Shown in pieces: positions 40,570 to 54,518 of a stretch of DNA of 64,000 nucleotides; position 1 is the first letter of the stretch; the number at the start of each line of letters is the position of its first letter. This stretch comes from Eledone cirrhosa (lineage: Eukaryota). The stretch is taken from the NCBI GenBank assembly GCA_964016885.1, contig OZ024741.1, forward strand, positions 317,750,001 to 317,814,000, written 5' to 3'. Made by a program: the position numbers and the translations under genes. The notes below the pieces were generated by a model, which saw nothing but the letters and a program-made list of their open reading frames with translations, searched no databases and was not told where the DNA came from.

Positions 40570-41730
40570 TGGCATTTTTTTTTTACTTGTTAAAACATGT
40601 TTTAAGCATGTCTAAACAAGATTTTCCTAAAAGAAATATTTTAGTCAAAATTATCTCAAAAATTTTCGAAAAAATTTCAAAAGTTTCCTATAAAAAAAAA
40701 ACATTCATCAAAAGTTTCCAAAGTTCTTGAAAAAAATTGCAAAACAATTGTTTAAAATTTTACTCTAAATTTTCAAAAATCTTCAGTTTCTGAAAATTTT
40801 GAGTATAATTTTCAAAATGATTGAGAAATTTGGTAAAATTTCGGAGAGAATTTTTTGTAGAATTTTTCAAAAAGCTTTTGAGGAGAATTTTTGAGAATCG
40901 TTTTAAGGAAATTTTTTATGAAATTCTTGAGAAAAATTTTATGAAAATTTTTGAAAATTCAAGAATCATAGCAACTTTTTAAATCTTAGAAAAATTTTAA
41001 AGTAAATATTTGAAAATTTTCCCAAAAATTTTCATCAAATGTTTCAAAACATTTCATTAAAATTCTGTTCAAAATTCTCTTCAAAATTCAACTTTCATGA
41101 AAAATTTTACTACACTCTGTAGAAACAATATTTGTTGTAATAATAATAATAATGGAAAATTCTGAGAAAAAATTTTTAGGAACAAATTGAGAAAAATTTT
41201 CAAAATTATGTAAGGTGAATTTTTTAGGAACATTTTTGAGAAAATTTTTACTGAATTTTTTTCGGAAAGATTTTCATGAATTTTTAAACCAAATAGAGGC
41301 AAATCCTTTTGAAAAGTTTTTGAGTAAATTTTCATAAAAAAAGATTCACAATAATAAAAACCCTAACTGTTGAATCATTTCACACTTTCAATTTAAATAT
41401 AAATTTTTAGTTAAATTTTCATCAAAATGTTTTTCAGTTTTTCACAACTTTTCCCAAAACTTTCATTAAAATTTTCATGAAAATTTCCTTGAAATTTTGT
41501 CAAAACCTTTTCAGTTTTTCTTCTTCCAGAATTTAAGTCCCCCACCCCACCCCCCGCACACACACTCCAAAAAAATATTCCCCAAAATAATAGGAAAAAA
41601 AATCATCAAAATAAAATAATATGAGGATTTTTTTAGAAATTTCATTTTGTTAAAAGTTTGATAAATTTTAAGGAAAAGTTTTGAGAACTGTTTTAAAAAA
41701 GAATTTAATGAAATTTTTTTAGGAATATTT
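40570..41730. repeat. Low-complexity AAAATTTT-tract region
   Basis: Dense GAAAATTTTC-like A/T tracts with no clean period. Confidence 0.75.
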
Positions 41731-42097
41731 AATGTATATCATTGTCATCATCATCATAATTTTTACATCCGCTTTTCCACTGACCTTGCCCAATTGCATC
41801 TCTCAAGGGCAATGACACAAGACCAAGATCTCTGGCACTACGCAGTAATATAGAAGATCCAACTTCTCACAAGCACAGGCCGAAGCTGAAGCATATATAT
41901 ATGTACCACCCCCACCCATTCATGCATCTCCCACGAGGACAGGCAGAAGTATACATCCAGTGAAGCCTCCAGCCCACACTGTAAAGTGGTCGTGTATGTA
42001 TCACAGCAAAAAGCACCCACTCCACACTGAAAAGTGGTCGTGTATTGCCAAAGCATGCTCAATGTCTCTAGCAGATTTCCCAAGGTGAACAAAATTT

Positions 42098-42271
42098 CAG
42101 TGGAATGATAGGGACCCCAGTCCCTAGCATCTCATTTCGACAGCTGAGTAAACTGGAGCAATGTGAAATAAAGTGTCTTGCTCAAGGAAACAACACATCA
42201 CCCGGTCTGAGAATTGAACTCACAACCTTTCGATTGCAAGCCCAGTGCTCGAACCACTAAGCCATGTGCTT

Positions 42272-42272
<1 letters not shown>
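42098..42272 (-). mobile_element. tRNA-derived SINE 5' half, with scrambled tail pieces at 41742-42045
   Basis: Reverse complement of 55267-55442; A and B boxes present. Confidence 0.85.
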
Positions 42273-42317
<45 letters not shown>

Positions 42318-42389
42318 GGTGTATATATATATGTGTGGGTGTATATATATGTGTGTGGGTGTATATATATGTGTGTGTGTGTATATATA

Positions 42390-42422
<33 letters not shown>

Positions 42423-42653
42423 GTGTGTGTGTATATATATATATGTGTGTGTGTATATATATATGTGTGTGTGTGTGTGTGTATATATATATGTGTGTGT
42501 GTGTGTGTGTATATATATATGTGTGTGTGTGTGTGTGTATATATATGTGTGTGTGTGTATATATATATGTGTGTGTGTGTATATATATATATATATGTGT
42601 GTGTGTGTATATATATATAAATATGTGTGTGTATATATATATATGTGTGTGTA
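42273..42653. repeat. (TG)n(TA)n compound microsatellite
   Basis: Seen directly. Confidence 0.95.
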
Positions 42654-42994
42654 TCATCATCATCATCATCATCGTTTAACGTCCATCTTCCACGCTTGCA
42701 TGGGTTTGGACGGGAGTTTTCCCACTCGAGGCAAGATTGGTTGTCGTATAGGACTGTCTGGCGGGTTTTCTACGGCTGGATGCCCTTCCTAACACCAACC
42801 ACGTTTACAGTGTGGACTGGGAGGTTTTTACCATGTTACCTACACAGCCACAATACAGTGTGGACTGTGTTTTTTTGTCGTGACACCTTCACGACCTCAT
42901 TTGTTTCGGACTGGATGTTGTGGTACCAATATAACTTTACATTTAAGGGGGTGATGTGGATGGGGTGGGGGTAGGGGACAGGGGTGTATTTTTG

Positions 42995-42995
<1 letters not shown>
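42654..42995 (-). mobile_element. RTE 3'UTR-only insertion
   Basis: Matches about 11303-11650; (GAT)n tail. Confidence 0.88.
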
Positions 42996-43036
<41 letters not shown>

Positions 43037-43038
<2 letters not shown>

Positions 43039-46000
43039 GATATTAATAAATGGAAACTATATTTATAAAACCATATTTATTTCATTATACATATTTCAGG
43101 GATACCACATTAAATTATGGTATGCCTTCATCAGACAAAATACAATATATAACAGTTTTACAAATAGCTTTGATGTACCCTTTTAAAATGCAACCATTAC
43201 TTTTGGAGGCTGTCTGGATAGTGATTTGTTTATATTATTTTAATAAGTCATAGTTAGAAAAAGATGGAGAGAAAGAAAAAAAAAGAAAAAAGACGGAGAG
43301 AGAGAAAGAAAACCTGGAGAAATATCGGAGAGAGAGAGAAATGTATAGAGAAAAGAAAGAAAAGAAAGAGATAAATAAAGATAGGAGGAAATAAAAAAGA
43401 GAAAGAAAAACAGGAAAGCAACAGAGAGATATCAAGTCATCATACAGATAGAAAAACTCAAGAAAGAGAAATACTATATAGAGAGAGGGGGAGACAATGA
43501 TAACTTTACGTCATGTCATATTAAGTTGAGTTAACAATTTATATGAAATGAATAATAAAAATATAAATATCAATATTCATGAATGGGACATAGATATATA
43601 ATATGAGAAATTAAACATTGTTCAATAATGACTATATGTTTAGTTTAAAAACTTGAGATCAATATACCAAAATCTGAGTTAAATCGTTCAAAATGTACCC
43701 TTGGTATAGAGATCAGTATCTTATGCAAAGACATACAAATATATATGTATATATATATACACACATACGCACGTCCTGAAAATAGAAATTATGTTTACTC
43801 AAGCCAACAATATAGGCATACAAAACGTAAATGATTTCTCTTAATTACTGCTATACATTCCTTGTGTTATAAAAAGTTCACAGTATATATACATAAATAT
43901 ATACGATTAATATTCATGTCCTCATATATACGATTACCATTCATGTATTTAATATTATGCATATCTGCAACATACCTCTCACCCACATAGATATATATAC
44001 ATACATATATACCCTTACATATGTATAAATAAATATTTGCGTGCGTCCTCCTGCATCGCTCATGTATATATACAGACATATATACAAACACAAAAAACCT
44101 ATAAGACTTTATATGCATGTTAATACACACATATGCATTTGTATAGAGATAATCAAATATCAATATATTACTAAAGGATTATAACTTGTAAATATAAGCA
44201 TAACAATATAAATTTAAAATACCAAAGGAATATATTTTGGAAATGCAACTATATCAGTATATTCAAAAGAAATCTAGAAATATCAAAGCATTAAATATCT
44301 TTAAAACACTATAGAGTATCTTAAGTTAAAATAATATGTTTTATATATTTAGTATAGAAATTTATCCTACGTATATCTCAATCAAGATATTGAAAGGGTA
44401 GACTTATGAAAGTTATGAGAAGCTATCAGAATCAAAACAAATAAATAAAAATAATTTCAAAGATTTAAAAAACCCAATGATTCTACAGATAACCTTATAT
44501 TTAGTATAGAAATTTATCTTCCGTATATTTTATTTAATACATTGGAAGTATAGACATTTTAGAGTAGTTTATTATATCCATGTTTATATTTAGGAAGAAA
44601 GTTTAAAAAGAAAAAGGTGAAGGAATCTAATGATTTATCGACAGGTTTCATATATTAACTAAATTACTTAATTAATTATACTAATTTTAATTTTATATTT
44701 ATATTTAAACGTTGAGTTCAACCTATGTCTGCAGCAACTGAATAAATTGTTCCTTAGATTAAGGGAATTTTTGGACTTTAATATAAAGAATATTTCTTCA
44801 ATACAAAGATCACAATTTTCTGAAGAGGAATTAAAAGGAGTAGCTTTTGAAATAATATTCCAATTCATCGAATATTTAATATTATCTCATTTTAGGTCCC
44901 ATAGTAGGCTAGATAGCGAAGTTGAAGATTTTTTGTTTGGATCTGTGAAAGAATTCTTATGATTATTGAAGCAAAATTTAAATTCTGTAGAGGTGGAACC
45001 AACATAGTTAAATGAATTTAAATTAGTTTTAACATTACAATTGTACACAACATTTTTAGCTAAGCAGTTGTTATTTAACGGACAGTTAGATTTAATTCTA
45101 CAGTTACAGTTATTTAATTGAATATTGTTTGGGTTATTATTGGTATTTTGGCTAGGTTTTAAATTCCTATTATTAATTCTATTAATATTTTGTGCTAAAT
45201 TTTTGGTGGACGAGTAAGTTAATTTTATAGTGTGTCTATTAAAAATTGAGTAATATTTATGTGTTCTAGGGAAGCGTTTGTCAAGAGCTTTAAAGAATAG
45301 TTTAGCAATAGGGGTTTTAATATTTAGTGAGAAAGGGGGAGCAAACCATAATATATTTCTAGTTCTATTTCTTTTTCGGCTTTTGGAATTATTGTAATGT
45401 TTTCTATTATAGTTGTTAAAGTTGTTACCGTAATTGAAATTGTTATTATTTTGGTTAGTTTGATTATTATTATTATTATCGATGTATTTAATTTTATTTC
45501 TATATCCAGCTCTACCTAACGCTTCGTTGTAATACTCCGCTTTTTCATCAAATATATTTTTATTAGATGAAATTCTTGAAATTCGTTCTTGAACAGAGTT
45601 CACTATAGTATTTTTAACAGATCTGGGGTGATTAGAGTTAAAGTTGACATAATTCAAGTTCTCATTTAGTTTGTGAAATGGATAATGAAGACATGTGTTG
45701 AGATTTAGTGTTACATCAAGAAAATTGACTATTCTATGGTTATTCTCTATTTCTATTTTTAGATTAAGGTAATTAAAAAATTGTATAATTTGTTTTCTTT
45801 TTCTATTTAGTTCACAGCTATTATTTTCTATAAGTAAAAGCATGTTATCACGATATAATCCTCCGGTTACACCTGGTATTTTTCTATGTAGCGAATTAAT
45901 TATAAATAGGCCCATAAGGTTCGTTACCTGAGCTGAGTCTGATGATCCCATAGTTATGTCGAAATTATTATTATATTTCTATCTGCCCTAGTCCAGAGTT

Positions 46001-46307
46001 GGTTATTAAATTCTATCAATGTTTTCCTTGCCGATAATATAATGTGCATTTCATTGCTAGTTAGGTCAGTATGTTTAAATGCGTAATTTAGTGCCTTATT
46101 CAGTAGATTAGGAGTGATAGATGAATAGTAGTTAGCAATATCCAGCTGAATAAACTTATTATTATAGTTATATTTAATTTCTTTAAACCAATCAATAATC
46201 TCACTACTCCCTTTCCATAATTTTAAGTTAGATAAATTAGGTAAGTTTATAATTTGTTGTATTACCCTGTCTAGAATATTTTTGCTAAGTTTTCCCAGTT
46301 AGCAAAA
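43037..46307 (-). mobile_element. PLE family C copy 1, 5'-truncated
   Basis: FIQLDI, TMGSSDSAQ, GLYRDN (catalytic D changed to N), CNC..CPL..C, YVGST; ORF pieces 45951-44887 and 44868-44668; 3'UTR with a hammerhead. Confidence 0.88.
43078..43142 (-). ncRNA. Type-I hammerhead (PLE-C1)
   Basis: Minus: UAUUUUGU-CUGAUGA-AGG c AUACCAUA..UGUGGUAU c CCU-GAAA-UAUGU-AUA/AUGAAAUA. Confidence 0.78.
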
Positions 46308-46352
46308 ATATATATATATACATATATGTGTGTGTGTATATATATATATGTA

Positions 46353-46961
46353 TCTGTCAGGTCACCAGTTGGTGCTACTGGTAACATGTATCCCAGTACA
46401 ACCTGTCCCATGGTCGGGTCGTTGGCGACTAAACTGGCAACCCCACCAAGGTTTCTTGGTGAGGAGGGTGACTTTGGACATCCTGCAGGACTAAAAACAA
46501 AACCTGTCAAAGGGCAAAGGAGCTCTTAAGAGTCAATGGCCATCCAAAATCACCGGGAGAGATGACCCCTTAGCCTTTGTCAAGGCATAATTCTAGGAGA
46601 AGGAAAACTCTGATATAACACCTGCAACCCTGATGGTATCCAATGATGTTGACTTGTTCTTCTTTTTGGTAAATATCATCTTGGTTAAGAGAGTGGGACT
46701 GGCTTTGTGCAGTGCCTTTGCTCACTATAAAAGCTTCACGGCACAGGCATTGCTTTATATCTGGAGATCTCTCTGCACTTGTCGTCACATGGTACCAAGG
46801 GCAAAGCACTGTGTCGATAATTGTCACAAGTGTAGTGTTTGTGCCAGAGTTTTCAAGTCGCTGGCTGGACTAAAAAGTCACATTCATTCAGCGCATCGGT
46901 AGGGGTTCTCCTACATGGATATAAAGTAGTGGCCATACTCGAAAACGAGTTGGCAGCCACC
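46353..46961 (+). mobile_element. Short, internally deleted (bipartite) RTE-like element
   Basis: Structured 5' region and ggagaaggaaaactctga motif (recalled from RTE 5'UTRs), joined to a C2H2 finger CSVCARVFKSLAGLKSHIHSAH* and tail ggccatactcgaaaacgagttggcagccacc (tail alone also at 59667-59700). Confidence 0.6.
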
Positions 46962-46995
<34 letters not shown>

Positions 46996-47161
46996 TTGTA
47001 TATATATATGTATACATATATATATATATGTAGAAGTTCTATTTAAATTGTTGGGATACAACAAGCAAATATTTTTATAACTGATATAAAGCACTCAACA
47101 AATTATTGGATTAAAAATACGATATATTAACAAATGGAAACTATATTTATAAAACCATATT

Positions 47162-47226
47162 TATTTCATTATACATATTTCAAGGACACCAAGTTAAATT
47201 ATGGTGTACTTTCATCAGATAAAATA
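47162..47226 (-). ncRNA. Type-I hammerhead (PLE-C2 3' pLTR)
   Basis: Minus: UAUUUUAU-CUGAUGA-AAG u ACACCA..UGGUGU c CUU-GAAA-UAUGU-AUA/AUGAAAUA. Confidence 0.78.
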
Positions 47227-47803
47227 TAGTATAGAGCAGTTTTATAAATAAATATTGACATACCCTTAAATAATGCGACCATTTCTGTTGGAAGCTCCTG
47301 GATAGTGGGGTTATAAGTTTATTTATACTATTATGCAAATTAGTGTCGGATATTTTTAAATCACAGTAGATTTAAATAAGCCGTTGGGTTATGGAGAAAG
47401 AGAAAGAGAAAAAAGAGCAAACTCTAAGAGGAAAATGAGAAAAATAAGAAAAGGAGAAAGAGAAGAAAAAAGAAAAGAGAAAGCGAAAGCTCTAAGTGAT
47501 AGGTTGTTGTATTAGCTTAACTTTTGAGATGAAGTGAAAGAATAAATATTTAATGGATGAGTAAAGAAGAGTAAATAACTGAATGGAAAATACATAAATA
47601 ATGGGAGAATTTTAACCATTGTTTAAATATGATTAAATGTTTAGTTTATCAATTAGATTATTGAGATCTATACATTAAAAATTGAGATCTATATATTATT
47701 TAAAAATCCATATATTATTAAGACTATATATTATTAAAAAAATATATTTATTATTAAAAGAATATATTCATATATATACATACGCACACACAGATATATA
47801 TAC

Positions 47804-47917
47804 ATCATCATCATCGTTTAACGTCCCTATTCCACGCTTGCATGGGTTTGGACGGGAATTTTCCCACTTGAGGCAAGAGTGGTTGTCTTGCTCGCATAGG
47901 ACTGTCTGGCGGGTTTT
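47804..47917 (-). mobile_element. RTE 3' tail inserted in the PLE-C2 3'UTR
   Basis: (CAT)n + gtttaacgtcc...; absent from the inverted copy at about 51200. Confidence 0.85.
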
Positions 47918-48384
47918 ATATAAATATATATATATACACCTACACATACATACATATACATACATACAATAAAGGACTTTTTAATTTAAGATATAGGAAT
48001 TTTCATAAACTTATAGATTTTTCTGAGAAAATTGTAGAAAAAAATGGAGAAAATCATTTCTATGTAATAGCGAAACAGCATGAAGGAAATTAAGTTATTT
48101 ACTTATATTAAATGTTATAAATGTTAAGATAGTAAAGGAAATTTTAGGTTATACAAACCTTATGTTATTATACAAATCTTATATTATTTAATAAATTTTT
48201 TTATAAGTTTTATATCTAATAAATCCACCTGTTATGTAGTTGTGACTGTTATATAAGTTTGTTTATCACGAAAATCCTTATAAACGAGTGCATTCGAATT
48301 GTATGCATATATATATATACACACAATCCCCACATAGATACACATACAGGTAGATATGCATCACATATATATACATACACACAC

Positions 48385-48435
<51 letters not shown>

Positions 48436-50916
48436 TATATAGAGAGAGATATAAAAATACAGTACATAGTATAATTAAAGTACATAATATATACAATATA
48501 AAATAAAATATAATTATATTTCCAAATCGTAATATAATTTAAGCAATATAATTTTAAAAAAATATTATAGAATATTTCAAGATATAATTTTAAAATAAGA
48601 ATATGTTTAAGAGATTCAGTATAAAAATTTAAATTTTTTTTATATATCTAGTTCTCAGTATGTTTAACTTAATTTTATAGCCATAAGAAAAAGAAAGAGA
48701 AACTTTCAAAAATAGGAGAAACTTTCAAATAAAATATTTTCCCCTTTTAAGAGCTTTCAGTATGTTTCTCTAGAAGAATTTTTTATTTTTATTTAGGAAA
48801 AATTTTTTTATTTTTTTTATTTTTTATTTTTAAACTTGAGAGTTTAAGCAGTCAAATGAAGGAATCTAATGATTTATCGATAGGTTCAATATATTAATAG
48901 AATTAATTAATTATATATTACATTTTAAATTTATATTTAAACGTTGAGTTCAATCTATGTCTGCAACAACTGAATAAATTGCTCCTTAGGTTCAGGGAAT
49001 TTTTGGTCTTTAATATAAAGAATATTTCCTCTATACAAAGATCACAATTTTCTGAAGAGGAGTTAAAAGGAGTAGCTTTTGAAATAATATTCCAAAGCAA
49101 TGAATATTTAACGTTCTTTAATTTGAGGTCCCATAATAAGCTAGATAGAGAAGTTGAAGATTTTTTGTTTAAATGTGTAAAAGAGTTTTTATGGCTATTG
49201 AAACGAGATTTAAAATCTGTGGAAGTAGATCCTACATAATTAAATGAATTTAAATTAGTTTTTACATTACAATTATATACTATATTTTTAGCTAAGCAAT
49301 TGTTATTTAACGGACAGTTAGATTTATTTCTACAGTTACATTTATCAAATTGGATATTGCTGGGGTTATTAGTGGTATTTTGGTTAGGTTTTAAATTTCT
49401 ATTATTAATTCTATTAATATTCTGCGCTAAATTTTTGGTGGATGAATAAATTAATTTTATACTATGTCTATTAAAAATTGAGTAATATCTATGTGTTCTA
49501 GGGAAGCATTTGTCAAGAGCTTTAAAGAATAGTTTAGTAATAGGAGTTTTAATATTTAATGAGAAAGGAGGAGTGAACCATAATATATTCCTAGTTCTAT
49601 TTCTTTTTTTGTTTTCCGAATTATTGTAAGGTTTTCTATTATAGTTGTTCAAATTGTTAAGATTATGGTTAGTTGTTATATTATTATTATCAATGTATTT
49701 AATTTTATTTCTATATCCAGCTCTACCTAACGCTTCATTGTAATAATGTGCTTTATCATCAAATATATTCTTATTAGCTGAAATTCTAGAAATGCGTTGC
49801 TGTACAGAATTCACTATAGTATTTTTAACGGATCTGGGGTGATTAGAGTTAAAATTAACATAGTTTAAGTTCTTGTTTAGTTTGTGAAATGGATAATGAA
49901 GACATGTGTTAAGGTTTAATGTTACATCTAGAAAGTTAACTATTTTATGGTTATTCTCTATTTCTACTTTTAGATTAAGGTAAAGAATTGTATAATTTCT
50001 TTTCTTTTCCTATTTAATTCACAGTTATTATTTTCGATAAGTAATAGCATGTCGTCACGATATAAACCTCCGGTTATCTCAGGTATTTTCCTATGTAGAG
50101 AATTATTTATAGAGATCCGTTACCTGAGCGGAATCGGATGATCCCATAGTTATATCAAAAGTATTATTTCTATCTACTCTAGTCCAGAGTTAGTTATTAA
50201 ATTCTATTAATGTTTTCCGTGCCGTTAAGATAATGTGCATTTCATTACTAGTTAAGTCTGTTTGTTTAAATGCATATGTTAGTGCTTTATTAAGTAGATT
50301 AGGAGTGATGGATGAGTATGCAATATCCAATTGAATAAACTTATTATTATAGTTATATTTAATTTCCTTAAACCAATCGATAACTTCACTAGTTCCTTTC
50401 CAAAATTTTAAATTCCAAGTTTTCAATATTATTTTTTATATTTCTTAGGTAATCCTAGCCTTTGAAGTTGTTTTTGAATTTGATGCTTTGGATGATAGAT
50501 ATGATTTCATTTTCAAAATCCATTAGTAGTTTGTTGGAGGGTGGATCTTTTTTAGATTTGAAGATTTTATCAAGATTGGAGACATTCTCATTTACATCAG
50601 ATTTATCGAAGTGGAAAGCACGCCACCTGATTCTTCTTATAAAAGAGTCTGATTTTTCTATTAATTGCTTAATAAAGTCTTTATTCCTAGGTAAAGGTAT
50701 GTCCTTTAGAGAAGAAGAGATCTTAAAGAATTCCATTTTTCAGTTATAATATAAAGCGCTCGACAATAAAGGAGCAGAATATATGTAGAAGTTCTATTTA
50801 AATTCTTCGGATACAACAAGCAAATATTTTTATAACTGATATAAAGCACTCAACAAATTATTGGAGTAAAAATACGATATATTAACAAATGGAAACTATA
50901 TTTATAAAACCATATT

Positions 50917-50981
50917 TATTTCATTATACATATTTCAAGGACACCAAGTAAAATTATGGTGTGCTTTCATCAGATAAAATA
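50917..50981 (-). ncRNA. Type-I hammerhead (PLE-C2 5' pLTR)
   Basis: Same fold as 47162-47226; about 180 nt upstream of the ATG at 50736. Confidence 0.78.
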
Positions 50982-51075
50982 TAATATAGAGCAGTTTTAT
51001 AAATAAATATTGACATACCCTTAAATAATGCGACCATTTCTGTTGGAAGCTCCCGGATAGTGGGGTTATAAGTTT

Positions 51076-51737
51076 ATTTCTACGATTTTCTCCGAATAAT
51101 CTATAAGTTTATGAAAATTCCTATATCTTAAATTAAAAAGTCCTTTATTGTATGTATGTATGTATGTATATGTACATATATGTAGGTGTATATATATTTA
51201 TATGTATATATATCTGTGCGCGCGTATGTATATATATGAATATATTCTTTTAATAATATATAGATTTTTTTATAATATATAGTCTTAATAATATATGGAT
51301 TTTTTAAAATAATATATTGATTTCAATTTTTAATGTATAGATCTCAATAATCTAAACATTTAATCATATTTAAACAATGGTTAAAATTCTTCCATTATTT
51401 ATGTATTTTCCATTCACGCTTATTTACTCTTCTTTACTCATCCATTAAATATTTATTTTTTCACTTCATCTCAAAAGTTAAGCTAATACAACAACCTATC
51501 GCTTAGAGCTTTCGCTTTCTCTTTCTCTTTTCTCTTTTCTTTTTTCTTCTCTTTCTCCTTTTCTTATTTTTCTTATTTTCCTCTTAGAGTTTGCTCTTTT
51601 TTCTCTTTCTCTTTCTCCATAACCCAACGGCTTATTTAAATCTACTGTGATTTAAAAATATCCAACACTAATTTGCATAGTAGTATAAATAAACTTATAA
51701 CCCCACTATCCGGGAGCTTCCAACAGAAATGGTCGCA
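51076..51737 (+). repeat. Inverted copy of the PLE-C2 3'UTR (47273-48040)
   Basis: Reverse-complement match; also forms a ~50-bp inverted repeat, 51028-51078 / 51688-51737. Confidence 0.88.
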
Positions 51738-51738
51738 T

Positions 51739-54518
51739 AAAATGAGTAAAATGTCAAACCAACGTTGAAATTACAGTATGATACAAATACATTAAATACA
51801 ACATGGTAATATAATATGAGAATTACAATACACTATAATGGATAATAAGAAATATAAGGCTTAATATATGTATATATATATATATATATATCCATATATA
51901 TATACACATTTACACAAACACATACTAACACTTAATAAGTATAAATATATTCTTTATAATATAAAAATCACCCTGATGGTGCGCATAAAATATACAAAAA
52001 ATAAACTATACAAAATAAGCTATACAAGAAAATAATAGAATAATATATTGACATCAAAAATATACAAAACTACATCATACATATCACTTAATGTCAACAA
52101 GTTGTATATAAAGTTTTACACAGGGCAAGAAAAATATCATAATAAAACTGGAGTATGTTGAAAAAATATATATATACATAAATACATAAAGTATTGATAA
52201 TAAGTATATAGGGGTATATGCAGTTTACATTCATAAAATATTACAAAATATTACAAAATATTACAAAACAGTACCTTAAATATCAGACATATATTAATAC
52301 GTATAATTCCATTACATAGAAATAATATGATATATAAATGTTAATATTATAATAATAAATAATATAATAATATAAAAATATAAAAGCAGACAGACAGAGT
52401 CAATTGAAAATGTTTGAGAGATATTTACGCGATTAATATATTAATATAGGGAGGCATGTTATGATGCAAAGCATATTATAGGAAGACAAAACAGCAAGTG
52501 GTAGTAAAGAAGTAATGATGATGATGATAGGAAGACAGACATCAAGTGGTAGTAAAAAATAAATAAAATAAAATAAAACGAAGAACAAAAACAAAAAACA
52601 AAAACAAGCACAATTACGTAGGTATAACGATTCATTATGTAAATATAGAAGGTATTATTATTCTAAACTAAAGAGTTGAATAGAAAACCTTATTAAATTA
52701 ATTAATATTAAAATTGCCTAAAAGATATTATTAGTTACTCTAAATGGAATAAAGTTTAAGTCATCAAAGTCGTATAAAATTAGGATATTTCAATAAAAAC
52801 TACGTAATATTACGATCCGATCAGATGAATTACGTTATCAAAGAAAAACTCTAAATAAAACTATGGTAGACCAATGGGAACAGAAAGAAGTGAAACTATG
52901 GAGGATAGGAAGGATCATAAAAGTAAAAATTAATATATAATATAATATAAAATATAATAAAAAGGAGTATAAAAGTAGAAATTATATATAATATAATAAA
53001 AAGGGGCGAATATGAAGTGTGGCAAGGAGGAGGTTCGTTAGTTTTAGATGTAGGAGACTCAAAATTAAACTATTTAATAAGATACAAACTTACAAGGCGA
53101 TAATATTGAGTAAAAATGTAATAATGTTTAAGATGATAGATATGGTAAGGTAGCTAATACGACTATGAAAACTAAAATTCGAAAATCGAAACAACCGTAG
53201 AAAATTAATAATAATGGTAATAAAAATGAACTAAAACCAAAGAGATAGGGAAATATAGCAGCTAATGGATACGGTTTAAACTACCGGAATTTTTAGGTCT
53301 ATAATAGAAGAAAGAATTAGAAATGGCATGCGGACAGGAAGAAAATATCTCAGATTTTCTATTAAGCAATATGCTCCTAGAGAAAATAATAGAATGGGTC
53401 TCTAGGATACAAAGATTACAGAATTTAGTGTGTGTTAATAGGTGATTAGAGTGTGTTACTATTCGCCAATTTAGGCTATATGGTATACCAGCCCCTTTTA
53501 AATCCCAGATATGGTGTGCCAAAGAAGTAGAGTTCTTAAACTTGATATGCTTAAAATTAGAAATATGTGAATTAAACCTAGTTTTAAAAGTATTAGATGT
53601 GGAGCCTATATATGTGCTACAAGAAGAATTAGTCTTAACTTCACATGCATAAACAATGTTCCTAGAGAGGCAGTGACCATCTAAGGGGCAGTTATTACTT
53701 ACTCTACAGTTACACTTCCGGGTACTAGTGACTAGCTGATTACGTGATGCATTATTCCTAGGGTTATTATAAGATAAGATCTGCTCGGGCGGAAAGTTAT
53801 CAATAGAGCTATCTAGATTAGCAGTACGCAAAGAGGAGTAGCTATCCCTAATTTTCCTACTGTTAGTGCTAGCTAGATGAGAATTAATGTTAGGGGTGGT
53901 AGAGAAGGAGAGTTTAATTACGTTTTTATTAAATATACCATGATATTTATTAGTAGGAGGGAAATTTTTCTCTAAAATAGAAAAGAAAGACCTAGGGATA
54001 TTAGTCAATTCTTCATGATCAAAAGGCGGGTTAAAGTAAGTATTGAGTCTCCTCCTATTCTTACCTTTACTATCTCTACCGTAATCTGGTATCCTATTAA
54101 TAGGATCAGGGTTAATATGAGGACCAGTTGAATTCACACTATTAGAAGCAGTTAAAACATTACCACTGGGTGAACGTTCAGAGCGCCTATCCTGTTCCCT
54201 AGAACTGATCTCGATATGCGTACCATTAGACTCACTAATCCAACTACTATTTCGGTAGCTAAACTTAGGGTTCGGTTTGGATATATCTATAATATTTCTA
54301 TGATTCCTATATTTTCTACTCCCATTCAAGGCCATATTATGGGATATTACGTTATTATGGGTAATCGGAGTCATTCCAAGGTTGTCCTCCTTATAATGTA
54401 TTTTACCAGAGTAACCTGAGTTAGCTAGGGCGTTATTATAATACTCTGCATGTGAATTAAAGATTCCTATGTCCTTAGAGAGTGTGGAGATTCTATTAGA
54501 TACACCATTAGATACACC
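51739..54518 (-). mobile_element. PLE family B copy 2 (5'-truncated; RT thumb, linker and complete GIY-YIG at 53262-54518)
   Basis: Collinear with 16150-18910. Confidence 0.9.

Larger units (their letters stand above)
47028..51078 (-). mobile_element. PLE family C copy 2 with direct pLTRs (47028-47322 / 50783-51078)
   Basis: ORF remnants 50736-50455, 50426-50190 and 49814-48918; YRDD intact; internal deletion near 50440. Confidence 0.9.

Noticed and set aside
46633-46902. Host C2H2 zinc-finger gene
   Set aside because: A single finger directly followed by a retroelement-type tail that recurs at 59667; best explained as a LINE C-terminus.
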